The position numbers and the translations under genes are program-made. This document shows, piece by piece, positions 12,040-23,884 of a stretch of 64,000 nt of DNA. The notes below the pieces were generated by a model. The model saw only the letters and a program-made list of their open reading frames with translations, ran no database searches and had not been told where the DNA came from. Origin of the DNA: Chiloscyllium plagiosum (taxonomy: Eukaryota). The stretch covers positions 4,243,779 to 4,307,778 of the forward strand of contig NC_057753.1 in the NCBI RefSeq assembly GCF_004010195.1, in the 5' to 3' direction. Within the stretch, counting starts at the first letter, position 1. Each line of letters starts with the position of its first letter.

Positions 12040-12800
12040 GAGGGAATTTATATAAATGATCTGGATGTGAATCTGAGAAATGGATCATCAGTTTGCAGAT
12101 GACACCAAACTTCCGTGGGCGGCACGGTGGCACAGTGGTTAGCACTGCTGCCTCACAGCGCCAGAGACCCGGGTTCAATTCCCGCCTCAGGCGACTGACT
12201 GTGTGGAGTTTGCACGTTCTCCCCGTGTCTGCGTGGGTTTCCTCCGGGTGCTCCGGTTTCCTCCCACAGTCCAAAGATGTGCAGGTTAGGGTGAATCGGC
12301 CATGCTAAATTGCCAGTAGTGTTAGGGGAGGGGTATGGGTGGGTTGCGCTTCGGCGGGGCGGTGTGGACTTGTTGGGCCGAAGGGCCTGTTTCCACACTG
12401 TAAGTAATCTAATCAAAATTCGTGGTGCAGTGGACATTGAAGGTGGTTATCTCAGAGTACAACAGGACCTCAATCATACGGGCCGAGGAGCGGCAGGTGG
12501 AGTTCAATTTCAATAAATGGGAGGCACTGATAAGGCAAATCAGGGCATAACTTATCTACTTGGTGATACGGCCCAGGAGAGTGTAGCCAGAAATCTTTGG
12601 GTACAGGTTCATAGTTCCTTGAAAGTGGAGTTGCGGGTAAACAGGTTGGTGAAGGTGTTCGATACAATAGCCTTTATTGGTCAGTCAATTGGGATGTCAA
12701 GGAGTTGGGATGTCATGTTGCGGCTGCACAGGACATTGGTCAGCCTGCTTTTGGAATACTTTGTTCAATTCTGGTCCCCCTGCTATAGGAAAGATGTTGT
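12040..12800 (+). mobile_element. Decayed CR1 RT fragment interrupted by a SINE
   Basis: YINDLD..FADDTK before the SINE and LEYFVQFWSP after it. Confidence 0.8.
12117..12414 (+). mobile_element. Full-length HE1-type tRNA-derived SINE
   Basis: A box TGGCACAGTGG, B box GGTTCAATTCC, V-SINE core, CR1-like tail GGCCGAAGGGCCTGTTTCC and (TAATC)n. Confidence 0.92.
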
Positions 12801-13271
12801 TAACCCACTGGGCCACAGTACAGCCCGAGGGACGGTCAGTGCAGACTCGGTGGGCTGAATGGCCTGTTTCCGCATTGTAACTTTGAGCTTCATCACATCC
12901 ACTGTGGGAATTCCAGCTTTGAACTTTTAACATGTGAAAGGTGCTACACAAATGTAGGTTAATGTTATTGCCTGACATTGTTCCAGGATACAGAAGCTAC
13001 AGGTGTAATAGAAGTACAAGTCTACGAGGAGGGGGAGTTGCCCTTTTGATAAGAGAGGACATAACAACAGTGCTTAGAGAGGATATTCTTAAGGGGTCAT
13101 CAAATGAGGCCAAGTAATTAGAACTCAGACGACAAGAAGGGGACAGCCACTTTGTTGGGCCTGCATTACAGACCCCCAAATTACAAGCGGGTACTAGAGG
13201 AGCTGAACGTGCAGAGAGATTGCAGATACCTGCAGGAATAACAGAGTAGTATTAGCTCGAGATTTTAATTT

Positions 13272-13393
13272 GGCGAAAGTGAGGGCTGCAGATGCTGGAG
13301 ATCAGAGTCAAGATGAGAGTGGCGCTGGTCAGGTCAGGCAGCATCCGAGGAGCAGGAAAATCGACGTTTCGGGCAGGAGCCCTTCATCAGGAA
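13272..13393 (-). mobile_element. Short Penelope-derived insert with a 15-bp TSD
   Basis: TSD TCGAGATTTTAATTT at 13257-13271 and 13394-13408. Contains a hammerhead core. Confidence 0.85.
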
Positions 13394-13394
13394 T
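13358..13394 (-). ncRNA. Minimal type I hammerhead ribozyme motif
   Basis: Minus strand reads ATTC-CTGATGA-A-GGGC-TCCT-GCCC-GAAA-CG-TC-GATT: intact core, perfect stem II, palindromic ACGT stem III, one mismatch in stem I. Confidence 0.75.
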
Positions 13395-13933
13395 CGAGAT
13401 TTTAATTTCCCTTGTGTTGACTGGGCCACCCAGTGCGCAAAAGGCCCAGGTGGGGTGGAATTTGTCAAATGTGTCCAAGAAAGTTTCTGAGATCAGTATG
13501 TAAAGAGGGTACATCACTCAAATTCCTGTTATAAAGACTGGTCTAACAGGTTAAGGCGCTAAACTGCAGCAGGGCCAACATTGGAACCATAGGTAGGATC
13601 TAGCAGAGGTTGATCGGCTGAGTCTGTTGGAAGGAAAAGGAACGAAGGGCAGAAGGGAGGCTTTTAAAAGTGTTATATCAAGAGTCCAGGGACAGTATGT
13701 CCCTTTTAGGGTAAAGGGAAAAGCTGGCAGGTTTAGGGATCCCTGGCTGACGAGGGATGTTGAAGCTATGGTCAGGAAAAGGAAGTAGGGGTACACTAGG
13801 TTTAAGCTATCGGGCTCAAGTGAATCCCCAGATGACTATAAAAAGTGTAGGTGCACCGAAGGAAGAAACCACAAGAGCAAAAAGAGGGTATGAGAGGGAT
13901 CTGGCAGATAAGGCTAAAGATAATCACAAGAGG

Positions 13934-14256
13934 TTAGATTAGATTAGATTACTTACAGTGTGGAAACAGGCCCTTCGGCCCAACAAGTCCACACCGACCC
14001 TCCGAAGCGCAACCCACCCAGACCCATTCCCCTGCATTTACCCCCTCCCCTAACGCTACGGGCAATTTAGCGTAGCCAGTTCACCCTAACCTGCACATCT
14101 TTGGACTGTGGGAGGAAACCGGAGCACCCAGAGGGAACCCACACAGACACGGGGAGAATGTGCAAACTCCACACAGAGAGTCGCCCGAGGCGGAAATTGA
14201 ACCCGGGTCTCTGGTGCTGTGAGGCGGCAGTGCTAACCACTGAGCCACCGTGCCGC
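13934..14256 (-). mobile_element. HE1-type SINE
   Basis: Reverse complement of the SINE with a (TTAGA)n tail. Confidence 0.9.
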
Positions 14257-14918
14257 TATATTAGTATCTGATTGGTGTGGACAAGTTGGACCAAAGGGAC
14301 TGTTTCCTCTATGACTCTAAGAGGAAAAGCGTGGCTAGGGAGAGAATAGGTTTGCCCTTAAAGATCAGCATGGCCATCTATGTGTGGAGCCACAGGAGGT
14401 GGGGGAGATTCTAACTGAATATTTCTCAGTAAACACTGAGGAGAGAATCATGGATGCTAAGGAAATAAGGGAAACAAGAGGATGTTTTGGACTGCATGCA
14501 TAAAGCAGAGAGGAGCAGTTTGCTGCTTTAAAGCACATTAAGCTGGATAAATCCCCTGGGCCTGATCAAGTATATCCTCAGACATTGTGAGAGACGAGGA
14601 GAGAAATTGCAGACTCCCTTGCAGAGATCTTTGCTTCTTCTTTAGCCACTGGTGAAGTTCATGAAGACTGAAGGGTGGCTAATGTTAGTCCATTGTTAGT
14701 CCATTGTCCAACAAAGGTAGCAAAGACAAGCCAGGAAACTACAGGCCAGCAGTAGATGAGTTGCTGGGGAGGATACTGCGGGACAGTCAAGGTCTGAGCA
14801 CAGATAGCCAGCATGGATTTGTGTGCAGGAAGTCATGTCTGACAAATCTTTTAGAGTTTTTCAGAGGTAACCAAGAGGAGAGATGACAGGAGGGCAGTCA
14901 ATGTTTTCTATACGGACT

Positions 14919-15226
14919 TTAGATTAGATTACTTACAGTGTGGAAACAGACCCTTCGGCCCAACAAGTCCACACCAACCCTCCGAAGAGCAACCCACCCA
15001 GACCCATTCCCCTACATTTACCCCCTCACCTAACACTACGGGCAATTTAGCATGGCCGATTCACCTAACCTGCACATTTTTGGACTGTGGGAGGAAACCG
15101 GAGCACCCAGAGGAAACCCAACACGGACAATGTGCAAACTCCACACAGATAGTTGCCTGAGGTGGGAATTGAACCCGGGTCTCTGGCGCTGCGAGGCAGC
15201 AGTACTAACTGCTGTGCCACCGTGCC
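14919..15226 (-). mobile_element. HE1-type SINE
   Basis: Reverse-complement SINE splitting the CR1 DFSKAFD codons. Confidence 0.9.
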
Positions 15227-15630
15227 TAGTCAGGCCTTTGATAAGGTCTGGCACAGCAGGCTAGCCAAGTAGATTCAGTCACATGGGATCCAGGAAGAGC
15301 TAACTAACTGGATTCAAAATTGGCTCAATGGAACGAAGCAGAAGGTGATGGTTAAAGTTTATTTCTTGGACTGGAGGCCTGTGACTAATGGTGTGCCACA
15401 GGAGGTGGCGCTGAGACCTTTCTTATTTGTTATTTACATAGATGATCTGGATGTGAATGTACAAGGCATGATTAGCAAGTTTAGGAATGATACAAAAATT
15501 AGGAGGTATCATTGATAGCGAGGAAGGTTATCAAAAATTACAGAGAGATCTTGATCAGATGTGGAAGTGGGCTGATGATTGGCGAATGCAATTCAATACA
15601 GATAAGTGCAAGGTGTTGCACTTTGGAAAG

Positions 15631-16338
15631 TGCTATGAAGATGTGTACTGTACCTTTAAGAGAGTTAAAAGTGAGCAGGAGTACCTGACTCAGCATCAAG
15701 TGTTTTGAACAGGATATAATGTAACATTTGGTCAAACAACCCGATTAGCTGGTTGTCTGGAGATGACAAAACAGATTCGAATTAGGTCAATCAGTTTAAA
15801 GTATACCATGAAAAATACCAAACTCCAGTCACGTTTCAATTTAGTATATTGACAATCTTCAAAGCCAATGACACAATCCAATGCTTTTGGGGTATAAGAC
15901 TGGGGAAAATTGAACAGTTGGAGGGTGAACTGCGAAGCCACCAACATGTAGAGACTGCCTGAAAAATAGCTCTCTTAAAAAGGTAGCTTTATCGATCCGT
16001 GACCTTTGAAACACAAATTCTGAAGAAGGAAAGAAGACTGAGGAAGATATGAAACAATTCGACATCTGGCCGGTTTTGAAAATTTGAATTTTTGCTAAAC
16101 CTTAATTGGGGTTTTAATGGGCTACTATTATAGAAGGGAGGATAAAAGATAGGTTAGAGGAAGGAGTTGTAAATAGTTGTTAGTTAATTATTCTGTGATA
16201 TACTTTAAGAAATAAAGTCGTTAATTTTTATTTTAAATAGTCTTGACCTCTCAAATTTTCACACATTATTGCACAGTATAAATCTTTTCTGTGTTGCTGA
16301 TTTAAATTAAGCAGGAGGATTTACCCCATGACATAAGA
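15631..16338 (+). mobile_element. Solo LTR (Gypsy-like), 708 bp
   Basis: Ends TGCTATGA...ACATAAGA (degenerate TGTTATGA/TCATAACA). 4-bp TSD AAAG at 15627-15630 and 16339-16342. AATAAA at 16211. The host CR1 resumes exactly (HFGK|SN). Confidence 0.8.
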
Positions 16339-17064
16339 AAAGTCAAACTAAGATGGGACTTATATAGTAAATGGTAAGGTCCGGAGCAGTGTTATGGAAC
16401 AGAGGGACCTCAGGGTATAAGCTCATAGTTCTTTGAAAGCAGCGTCACAGATAGACAGGGTGGTGAAGAAGGCATTTAGCATGCAGGACTTCATCAGTTG
16501 AGGTACTGAGTGTAGGAGTTGGGACGTAATGTTACCATTGTATAAGTCATTGGTTGTGCCGCATTTGGATAATAGTGTACAGTTTTGGTCAGCCTGTTAT
16601 AGGCAAGGCACAGTTAAACCGGAAAGAGTGCAAAGAGGATTTACAAGGATGTGGCCAGAACTAGTGAGCCTGAGTTATAGGGACAGGTTGGCCAGGATAG
16701 GGCTTTATTCCTTGGAGAATGAGGGGTGACCTTTATTGAGGTGTATAAAATCGTGAAGGGCATAGATAGGATGAATGCAGATAGTCTATTTCCCAGGGAT
16801 GGGGAATTGAAAACGGGAGGGCACAGGTTTAAGCTGAGAGAGGAAAGATTTAAGGGGGACCTGAGGGGCAACTTCTTCACACAGAGAGTGGTGTGGACGT
16901 GGAAGGGCTGTCAGAGAAAGTGGTTGAGGGAGGTACAATAGCAACGTTTAGGAAACATTTGGGCAGGTACATGGATGGGAAGGGTTTAGATGGATATGGA
17001 CCAAATGCAGGCAATTGGCTGAGTGGTCAGCATGGACCAGTTTGGGCTGAAGGGCCTCTTCCCC

Positions 17065-17620
17065 TGCTGTACCCATCCCAGCGCGCTTCGCCCACCTCAC
17101 AATCGGCCTGGGTGAGTGGCGGCAGCTGCCGTCCAATAGGAAGCGTGTGGGCGGGACTGGAGTGCCGCGCGCGCGGTGGGCGGGGCTGGGGGACCGTGCA
17201 TGCGCAGATGGCCACGGTCAAACGGGCTCGAGGGAGCAGAGGGGCGGGGCTAACGGTACTCGCCGACCCGGGACCTGAGCGGCGCGGAGCGGAGCGGCGC
17301 AGGCGTCGTGACCTTCGGTCCGGAGCGGTTTGAACCGCGAAGAGGGAGAGATGAATCCGGCGCCGCCTCTCTGTTTGGTGAACACGGATCGGGAGACCAG
17401 AACAAAGACTCCCGCTGCACGGGGGTATGCGGCCGAGGCGGAGAGACTCCCGGTATCGCCGCCGACGACGACGACGCCGCCGCCGCCGCCATCTTGGTTA
17501 AGGGCAGGGACCCGTGGGACGCATGCGCGGCCGTCGGTCTTCGTGGCGTCAGTTCGTGGCAGGGCGCATGCGTCGGCTGATTGACAGCTTCGGGGAGGGA
17601 GGAGAAAGTCGAGCCCAGAG
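17065..17620. promoter_or_regulatory. CpG-island promoter, probably bidirectional
   Basis: Dense CpG. CCAAT at 17133; GC boxes at 17149, 17178 and 17241; NRF1-like GCATGCG at 17198, 17521 and 17566; YY1 site GCCGCCATCTTG at 17485-17496; plus-strand donor GAG|GTAAGG at 17838. Confidence 0.8.
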
Positions 17621-17904
17621 AAATCATTGTCTCTTCTGGTTGCAATGGGTGTTGTTGCAGTAACATTTTGCAGGCGCATGAAATGGGAAAGGATTGCAGA
17701 CTGGACACTCGGAACAAGCGTCAAGGTCTGCTAGACACACGTTTCGCCAGGACTTGGAAATCGTTATTTCTGCTGGTGGGGGAAAAAGAAGATTTACATC
17801 CCTGGTTAGACCCCCCTCTCTAGGTTCCCCACCTGAGGTAAGGCAAATGATACTGACCCAACAGGGAGCACAGAGCAGAGTGACCCGAATGCTGTCTCGG
17901 CTTA

Positions 17905-18855
17905 AACAGAGTCGTGGAGTTGGACAGCACGGAAGCAGACCTTCGTTGCTACTGGTCCATGCTAACCTGATATCCTATATCAACCTAGCCCCATTTGCCA
18001 GCATTTGGTCTATAACTCTCCCAAATCCTTCCTGTTCATGCACCCACCTTTTATTGTTGTAATTGTACCAGCCTCAACCACATCCGTCTGTCAGCTCGTT
18101 CCATACACTCACCCGCCCTCTGTGTGGAAAAAGTTGCCCTTCAGGTCCCTTTTAGACCTTTCCCGTCTCACCTTAAACCGTCTCACTCTTGTTTCGGACC
18201 ACCTTACACTAGGTAAAGGACTTTAGGTATTCACCCTGTCCACGCCCCTCATGATTTTATAAACCGCTATCAGGCCATCTCTCAGCTTCCTATTTTCCAG
18301 GGAAAATAGCCCCAGCCTTTCTAGCCTCTCCCGATAGCTCAAACCGTCCAACCTGGAAACATCCTTGTAAATTCTTTCTGCATCCTTTAAAGTTTCACAA
18401 CCTCTTTCCTATTGCAGGGAGGCAGAATTGATTGGTTAAGCCACTTTTGGAATACTGCAATGTCCTGTACAGCCGCAACATGACATCCCAACTCAGTGCA
18501 CTGCCCAGTCAAGATAAGTGTACCGAGTGCCTTCACTACCCTGTCTACCTGTGATTCTGCCTTTAAGGAACTATGAAGCTGCACCCTCTGTTTGGCAATA
18601 GTCCCTAGATCCTTTCCACAAAGTACTGAAGTCCTGCCGTGATTTGCCTTGCCAAAACGCAACACCTCACTTTCACCTAAGTTAAACCCCATCTGCCATT
18701 CCTCTGCCCACCTGATCAAGATCCTGTTATACTGTGAGATAACCTGATTCACTGTCCACGCCACCAATAATTTTGGTGGTGTTTGCAAACTTACTAATCA
18801 TTTCTCTGATATTTGTATCCAAATCATTGATATAAATGACAAAAAGCAGTGGATG
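17905..18855 (-). mobile_element. CR1 3' portion
   Basis: Minus-strand INDLD..FANTTK through the 3' UTR. Confidence 0.8.
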
Positions 18856-18969
18856 ATTAGAACAGCTTTTTTAAAAAAAAGGATAAAGGAGATTCATTAT
18901 GGCACAGAGTGAGGCCTTTTGTCCCTAAACATTTGTGCTGACTGTCTGTGGAAGAATGCGGTCTATCTA

Positions 18970-19281
18970 GGGGGCGGCACAGTGGCTCGTGGTTAGCACT
19001 GCTGCCTCACAGCGCCAGGGACCCAGGTTCAGTTCCAGCCTCGGGGCGACTGTCTGTGTGGAGTTTCTCCCCGTGTCTGCGTGGGTTTCCTCCGGGTGCT
19101 CCGGTTTCCTCCCACATTCCAAAGATGAGCAGATTAGAGTGAATTGGCCATGCTAAATTGCCCGTAGAGTTAAGCGCATTAGTTAGGGGGAATGGGTCTG
19201 GGTGGGTTACTGTTTGGAGAGTCGGTGTGGACTAGTTGGGCCAAAAGGCCTGTTTCCACACTGTAGGGAATCTAATCTAAT
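18970..19281 (+). mobile_element. HE1-type SINE
   Basis: A/B boxes, core and (TAATC)n tail. Confidence 0.88.
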
Positions 19282-20802
19282 TCCCTCCTCTATCCCCAAA
19301 ATCCTGCAACTTTATTTCCCTCACGTACTGATCTTTCTTTTGTCAGTCTGTGATCATCTCCACTTTGACCACCCTCACATGCAATGCATTATGCATATTA
19401 ACCACCATCATATTATCAAAAACACTTGTCCATCCATTTCTTTCACATAAACTGAGGTCTGTCTGTTCCACTCCAGGTATCATTGTTTACAACTGTTTCT
19501 TTGTCTCCCTCATCTATACCTATTACCATCTTGTGCATCTCTTAAAATCTTGTACACCTCGATCAAAGCTCCGGTCATTATATCGTCTTCAAGGAGAACA
19601 GACATTTCTCCAAACTAACTTTGTAACTAAATTTCCTTCCCAGGAACCACTTTAGTAACTCTGGTCTGCAACCGTTGAGGGTCCTTACATCCTTCCTGTA
19701 GTGTGGTGACCAGAACTGTATGTAATACAGTAGTGACTGAACCAGAGCTTTATAATGTCAGCATTGTTTCTCTGAGCTTATTCCCATTACCTCTATTCGT
19801 GAAGCACAAGGTACCATATATGTTGCCCTTCGAGTATGTCCTGTCACCGTGAAGGATTTCTGCATATGAATCTGCGTCTCCTTTTGTTCCTACACACATT
19901 TTACATCTGTGCCATTTAATATATATTCCTTCTCCCCATTTCTTCTCTCAAAATGCATCACGTTTCTGTGTTCATGTTCGACTGAAAGTGTTAATTCTGC
20001 TTCTTGCTCCACAAATTCTGCTTTTTTTTTAAAAAACAAGCATTTCCTATTTTAAGCTCATTTGATACGTCTATTCATGTGATTTCAAATAGTTGGCATA
20101 GTTTTTTCAAGGCTTCATGAAGTTAATTGGAGCTGGTAAGATGGAAAGAGAGAAACTTGAGAGATCCAGAATGAGGGGGCTTGGTCTAAGAATGAGAGCG
20201 AGAACTTTTCGGGAGCGGATGAGAAAACACTTCTCATCGTAAAGTTGGTACAAGTCTGGAACTCTTTTCCTCAATGCCAGTTCAAGCGTGGTCTTCGAAA
20301 CACATGAGCAGGATGTAGGGTCTGGAATAATAAATTGATATTGGGGTCTGGGGATAATGTTGACTATTAGACACTATTATAACTGGAGCAAGGGGAGGAA
20401 ATACGTATTTAAAACAGTGAGCCATAGAGAGCAGTAGATAGTGGGAATTGCCGGGAAAGAGCAGCAGGATGAAGACACATCACTGAGTCAGAGAATTGGT
20501 ATAGCATGGGAAGGCTGCCTTGGGCTGTCCCACTCCTGTGCAGGCCTGGGTCAAGGTTCAGGAAGCTGCAAGCTGGTAGCTTGCTCGATGGACTGGGAGG
20601 AGTGAGTGACGGGTCTGTTGGGCTTTCATGCTAGATGCAGTTGGGCACAGGGCTGGCATTAATATTGGGGCTGCTATGGTTCTGCAAGCACAAAGGGTTG
20701 AATATAGTCTGTTTCCATGAACAAGGAAACAAATCACTCTCAAATTGTTCATTTCAAATTTCATTCTCGATCTCTGCGCTCTGCCAGCCTGCTTATTTAT
20801 TT

Positions 20803-21178
20803 TAGATTAGATTAGATTCCCTACCGTGTGGAAAACAGGCCCCCTAGCCCAACAAGGGCGGCACGGTGCCTTAGTGGTTAGTACTGCTGCCTCAGAGCGC
20901 TAGGGACCCGGGTTCAATTGCAACCTCAGGCGACTGACTGCGTGGAGTTTGCACATTCTCCCCGTGTCTGCGTGGGTTTCCTCCGGGTGCTCCGGTTTCC
21001 TCCCACAGTCCAAAGACGTGCAGTTCCGGTGAATTGGTCATGCTAAATTGCCCCATAGGGTTAGGTTCATTAGTCAGGGGTAGATGTAGGGGAATGGGTC
21101 TGGATGGGTTACTCTTCGGAGGGTCAGTGTGGACTTGTTGGGTCAAAGGGCCTGTTTCCACACTGTAGGGAATCTAAT
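20803..21178 (+). mobile_element. HE1-type SINE (20856-21178) preceded by an inverted SINE tail (20803-20855)
   Basis: TTAGATTAGATT...GCCCAACAAG directly abuts GGCGGCACGG. Confidence 0.85.
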
Positions 21179-21179
21179 A

Positions 21180-22296
21180 TGCGTTCCCTGATTTGAGGCT
21201 GTTAATTTGGTCCAATCAGGGGACCCTGCCTGACAGATAGAAATAGGAGTCGGAATTGAATAAAGATTCATGCACTTTCTGGAAAAGAAAAGAAACAGGA
21301 GTCGGTAGAGTTGTGGATAGTGCCGAAGGAAGTTGTAAGTTGCAGAGGGGCATAGATAAGCTGCAGAGCTGGGCTGAGAGGTGGCAAATGGAGTTTAATG
21401 TAGAAAGGTGTGAGATGATTCACTTTGGAAGGAGTCACAGGAATAAAGGGAACTGGGCTAATGGTCAGAGGGCTTGGTCGTGTCGATGAGTACAGAGATC
21501 TCGGGGTCCATGTACATAGATCCTTGAAAGTTGCCACCCAGGTTGATAGGGTTGTTAAGAAGGCATACAGTGTGTTAGCTCTTATTAGTAGAAGGATTCA
21601 GTTTCGGAACCGTGGGATCATGCTGCAGCTGTACAAAACTCTGGTGTGGCTGTACTTGGAATATTGTTCACAGTTCTGGTCACCGCACTATAGGAAGGAT
21701 GTGGAAGTGTTGGAAAGAGTTCAGAGGAGATTTACCAGGATGTTGCCTGGTATGGAGGGAAGGTCGTATGAGGAAAGGCTGAGGGAACTGAGGCTGTTCT
21801 CGTTACAGTGAAGAAGGTCGAGAGGTGACAGTTGAGACATATAAGATAATCAGAGGGTTAGATAGAGTGGACAGGGAGAGCCTTTTTCCCTCAGATGGTG
21901 ACAGTGAGCACCGAGGGGGCATAGCTTTAAATTGAGGGGTGATAGATATAGGACAGATGTCAGAGGTAGTTTCTTTACTCAGAGTAGTAGGGGTGTGGAA
22001 CGCACTACCTGCAACAGCAGTAGGCTCGCTAACTTTAAGGGCACTTAAATGGGCATTGGATAGACATATGGATGAAAATCTGATAGTGTAGGATAGATAG
22101 ACTTCAGATTGTTGTGCTAACCTGTGAAACCATCGAGGGCCGAAGGGCCTGTACTGCACAGTCATGTTCTGAGTGTCTGAGGTTCAGTTCACTCCGAGAG
22201 CTGACTCTGAAGGAGCTGGATCAGTGGCAGGGACTCTCCATGTATCAGTAGAGGGTGACTTGGTGACAGGATACCAGCTTCTGTGGAGTCATTTCA
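21180..22296 (+). mobile_element. LTR-like fragment (about 21180-21250 and 22170-22296) split by a CR1
   Basis: CCAAT box and TATA-like segment on the left; right part ends ...GGAGTCATTTCA. Left end not resolved. Confidence 0.4.
21300..22170 (+). mobile_element. CR1 3' fragment
   Basis: VGRVVDS..LQSWAERWQMEFN..LEYCSQFWSP plus the 3' UTR. Confidence 0.9.
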
Positions 22297-22659
22297 AAGT
22301 CATTGCCAAACCAGCAGATGTGAGGTGAGAAAGCTTTTTTCACATAGCGAATGGTTCCGGTTTTCCAGTGCGCTACAGTGGAAGTGTGGTGGAGGCAGGT
22401 TCGGTTCAGGCATTCAACAGTGCTTTGGCTGATTATTTCAACGGAGACTGTCTTTCGGAGTCATGGGGGGGAAAGTAGGATATTGGCAAGGAGTTAAAAT
22501 GCTCCGAAGTGTGGTGAAGACTTCATGGGTTGAGCAACCTGTTTCTGCACCATCATGTTTCTGTAAATCGGTAAAGGAATGGTGGGAAACTTCCGAGTTG
22601 GCTGGGATGCAGAGCGTTGTGGAAACTCTGTCTGCCAATATTCAGCAACCTTTTTTAAA

Positions 22660-22862
22660 AAGAAACCCAAAATATTGTGGATGCTGTAAGTCTGAAATAG
22701 AAACAGGAAGTGCTGGAGAAACTTAGCACGTCTGGCAATATCTGTAGGGAGAACATTCTCTGATGAGGGAACGCTGGACTCGAAATGTTATCTCTTGTTT
22801 TCTTTCTCTCTGGAAATACTGCCAGGCCTTCTGAGTTTCTCCAGCACTTTCTGTTTTTGTTA
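22660..22862. mobile_element. Fold-back Penelope-derived element with a degenerate hammerhead
   Basis: GAAACAGGAAGTGCTGGAGAAACTTAGC and CTGAGTTTCTCCAGCACTTTCTGTTT are inverted arms. The centre has CTGATGA...GACTCGAAATGTTA. Confidence 0.65.
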
Positions 22863-22963
22863 TTACCCAGCAGCTGTTGATCAGTGTCTTATTGCAGGCT
22901 GAGGATAGATCAATGACCTGCACCTTTAACTACATTCCCCATTCCATGAATGTTGCAGGGCCT

Positions 22964-23620
22964 TGTCACAAATCCGGACCATTTTTCCTAAAAGCTGTTC
23001 CTTTTCTCAAGGATACTGTGTCGATATTTCTTTTCAGAAGGGGTCGTAAACAGCTCCAGGTTCCGATTAGACTGGTTAGGTACAGGGATTAAAGGGCTTT
23101 GAGAGGCCTTTTTGTTTACGTGTAAACAGATGAGACTTCAGGCCGAAGTGGTCCTGTTTTAGAAGTGACCTGTAGAATGAAAGGGGAGTGGTCAGCTCTC
23201 TCGCTAAGCAGTTCAGTCCAGAATCAGTTCGGAGTTCAACAGTAAGCTGTGTGGAAACAGGTTTCTAAAGTCTCGCTCTCTCCTTCGGCCCTTCTAACTT
23301 CAACCTGTAAGCATTTGTTCCATTTTTACTGGGTTTTTTTTAAAGGGGTTTTGATAATTGGGACTGTTATGTATATTCAGAACAGCATACTTCAGTCTAG
23401 TTTGGACAGACTGAGTTCTGTAGCGGCTCTTTATTCCGTTCTTCATGTTTCATGGTGCAATTTTGTGAGTAAACTTTTGTCTGTTTTAATACCTGGTAGT
23501 CAACCGAGCTAACTTACTCCGGGTAATTCTCACTGTACGCTTAGCGAAATAAATCGCAAAGTTACGGTCTGGGGCTGTCTGCTTAAGAACGTTTTGCTTG
23601 GTCTGGCCTAGTCCGTAACA
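22964..23620 (+). mobile_element. Solo LTR (Gypsy-like), 657 bp
   Basis: TGTCACAA...CCGTAACA termini with 4-bp TSD GCCT at 22960-22963 and 23621-23624. Confidence 0.85.
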
Positions 23621-23700
23621 GCCTGCTGAAAGTTTCCAGTGTTTTATCCTTTTGTTTCCGATCCTGCGAGTAACAACTTTCTGTTTTGTTTGTTTAATAG

Positions 23701-23880
23701 AGCCAACTCTGGGCGTACGGACGGACACAGCAGGAGGTGGGTTTGGATCTGCTTGGGTGTTGAATGAGGAGGTCAGTTCCTGACCTTTTTGTCAGTCTTC
23801 TTGCTGCTTCAGTTTGAACCGGAGGAGAGGCGGAGGAGAGGTTCCTGGCTGTTCCCAAAAGGAACTTTGAATTCATTTTG
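23701..23880 (+). other. Candidate non-coding internal exon (5' UTR of the ZNF gene)
   Basis: Long pyrimidine tract ending TTTAATAG at 23700 and donor TTG|GTAGGA at 23881. Stops in all three frames. Confidence 0.4.
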
Positions 23881-23884
23881 GTAG

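Larger units (their letters stand above)
12990..17065 (+). mobile_element. Long decayed CR1 ORF2 (endonuclease to 3' end), host to a PLE insert, two SINEs and a solo LTR
   Basis: RGGGVALLI, DFNF, KSPGPD, QHGF, YTDF, HFGK, VQFWS and RGNFFTQRVV occur in colinear order once the inserts are removed. Confidence 0.85.

Noticed and set aside
12117..12190. tRNA-like A/B boxes at SINE heads
   Set aside because: They continue into the SINE core and LINE-like tail, so they are not tRNA genes.
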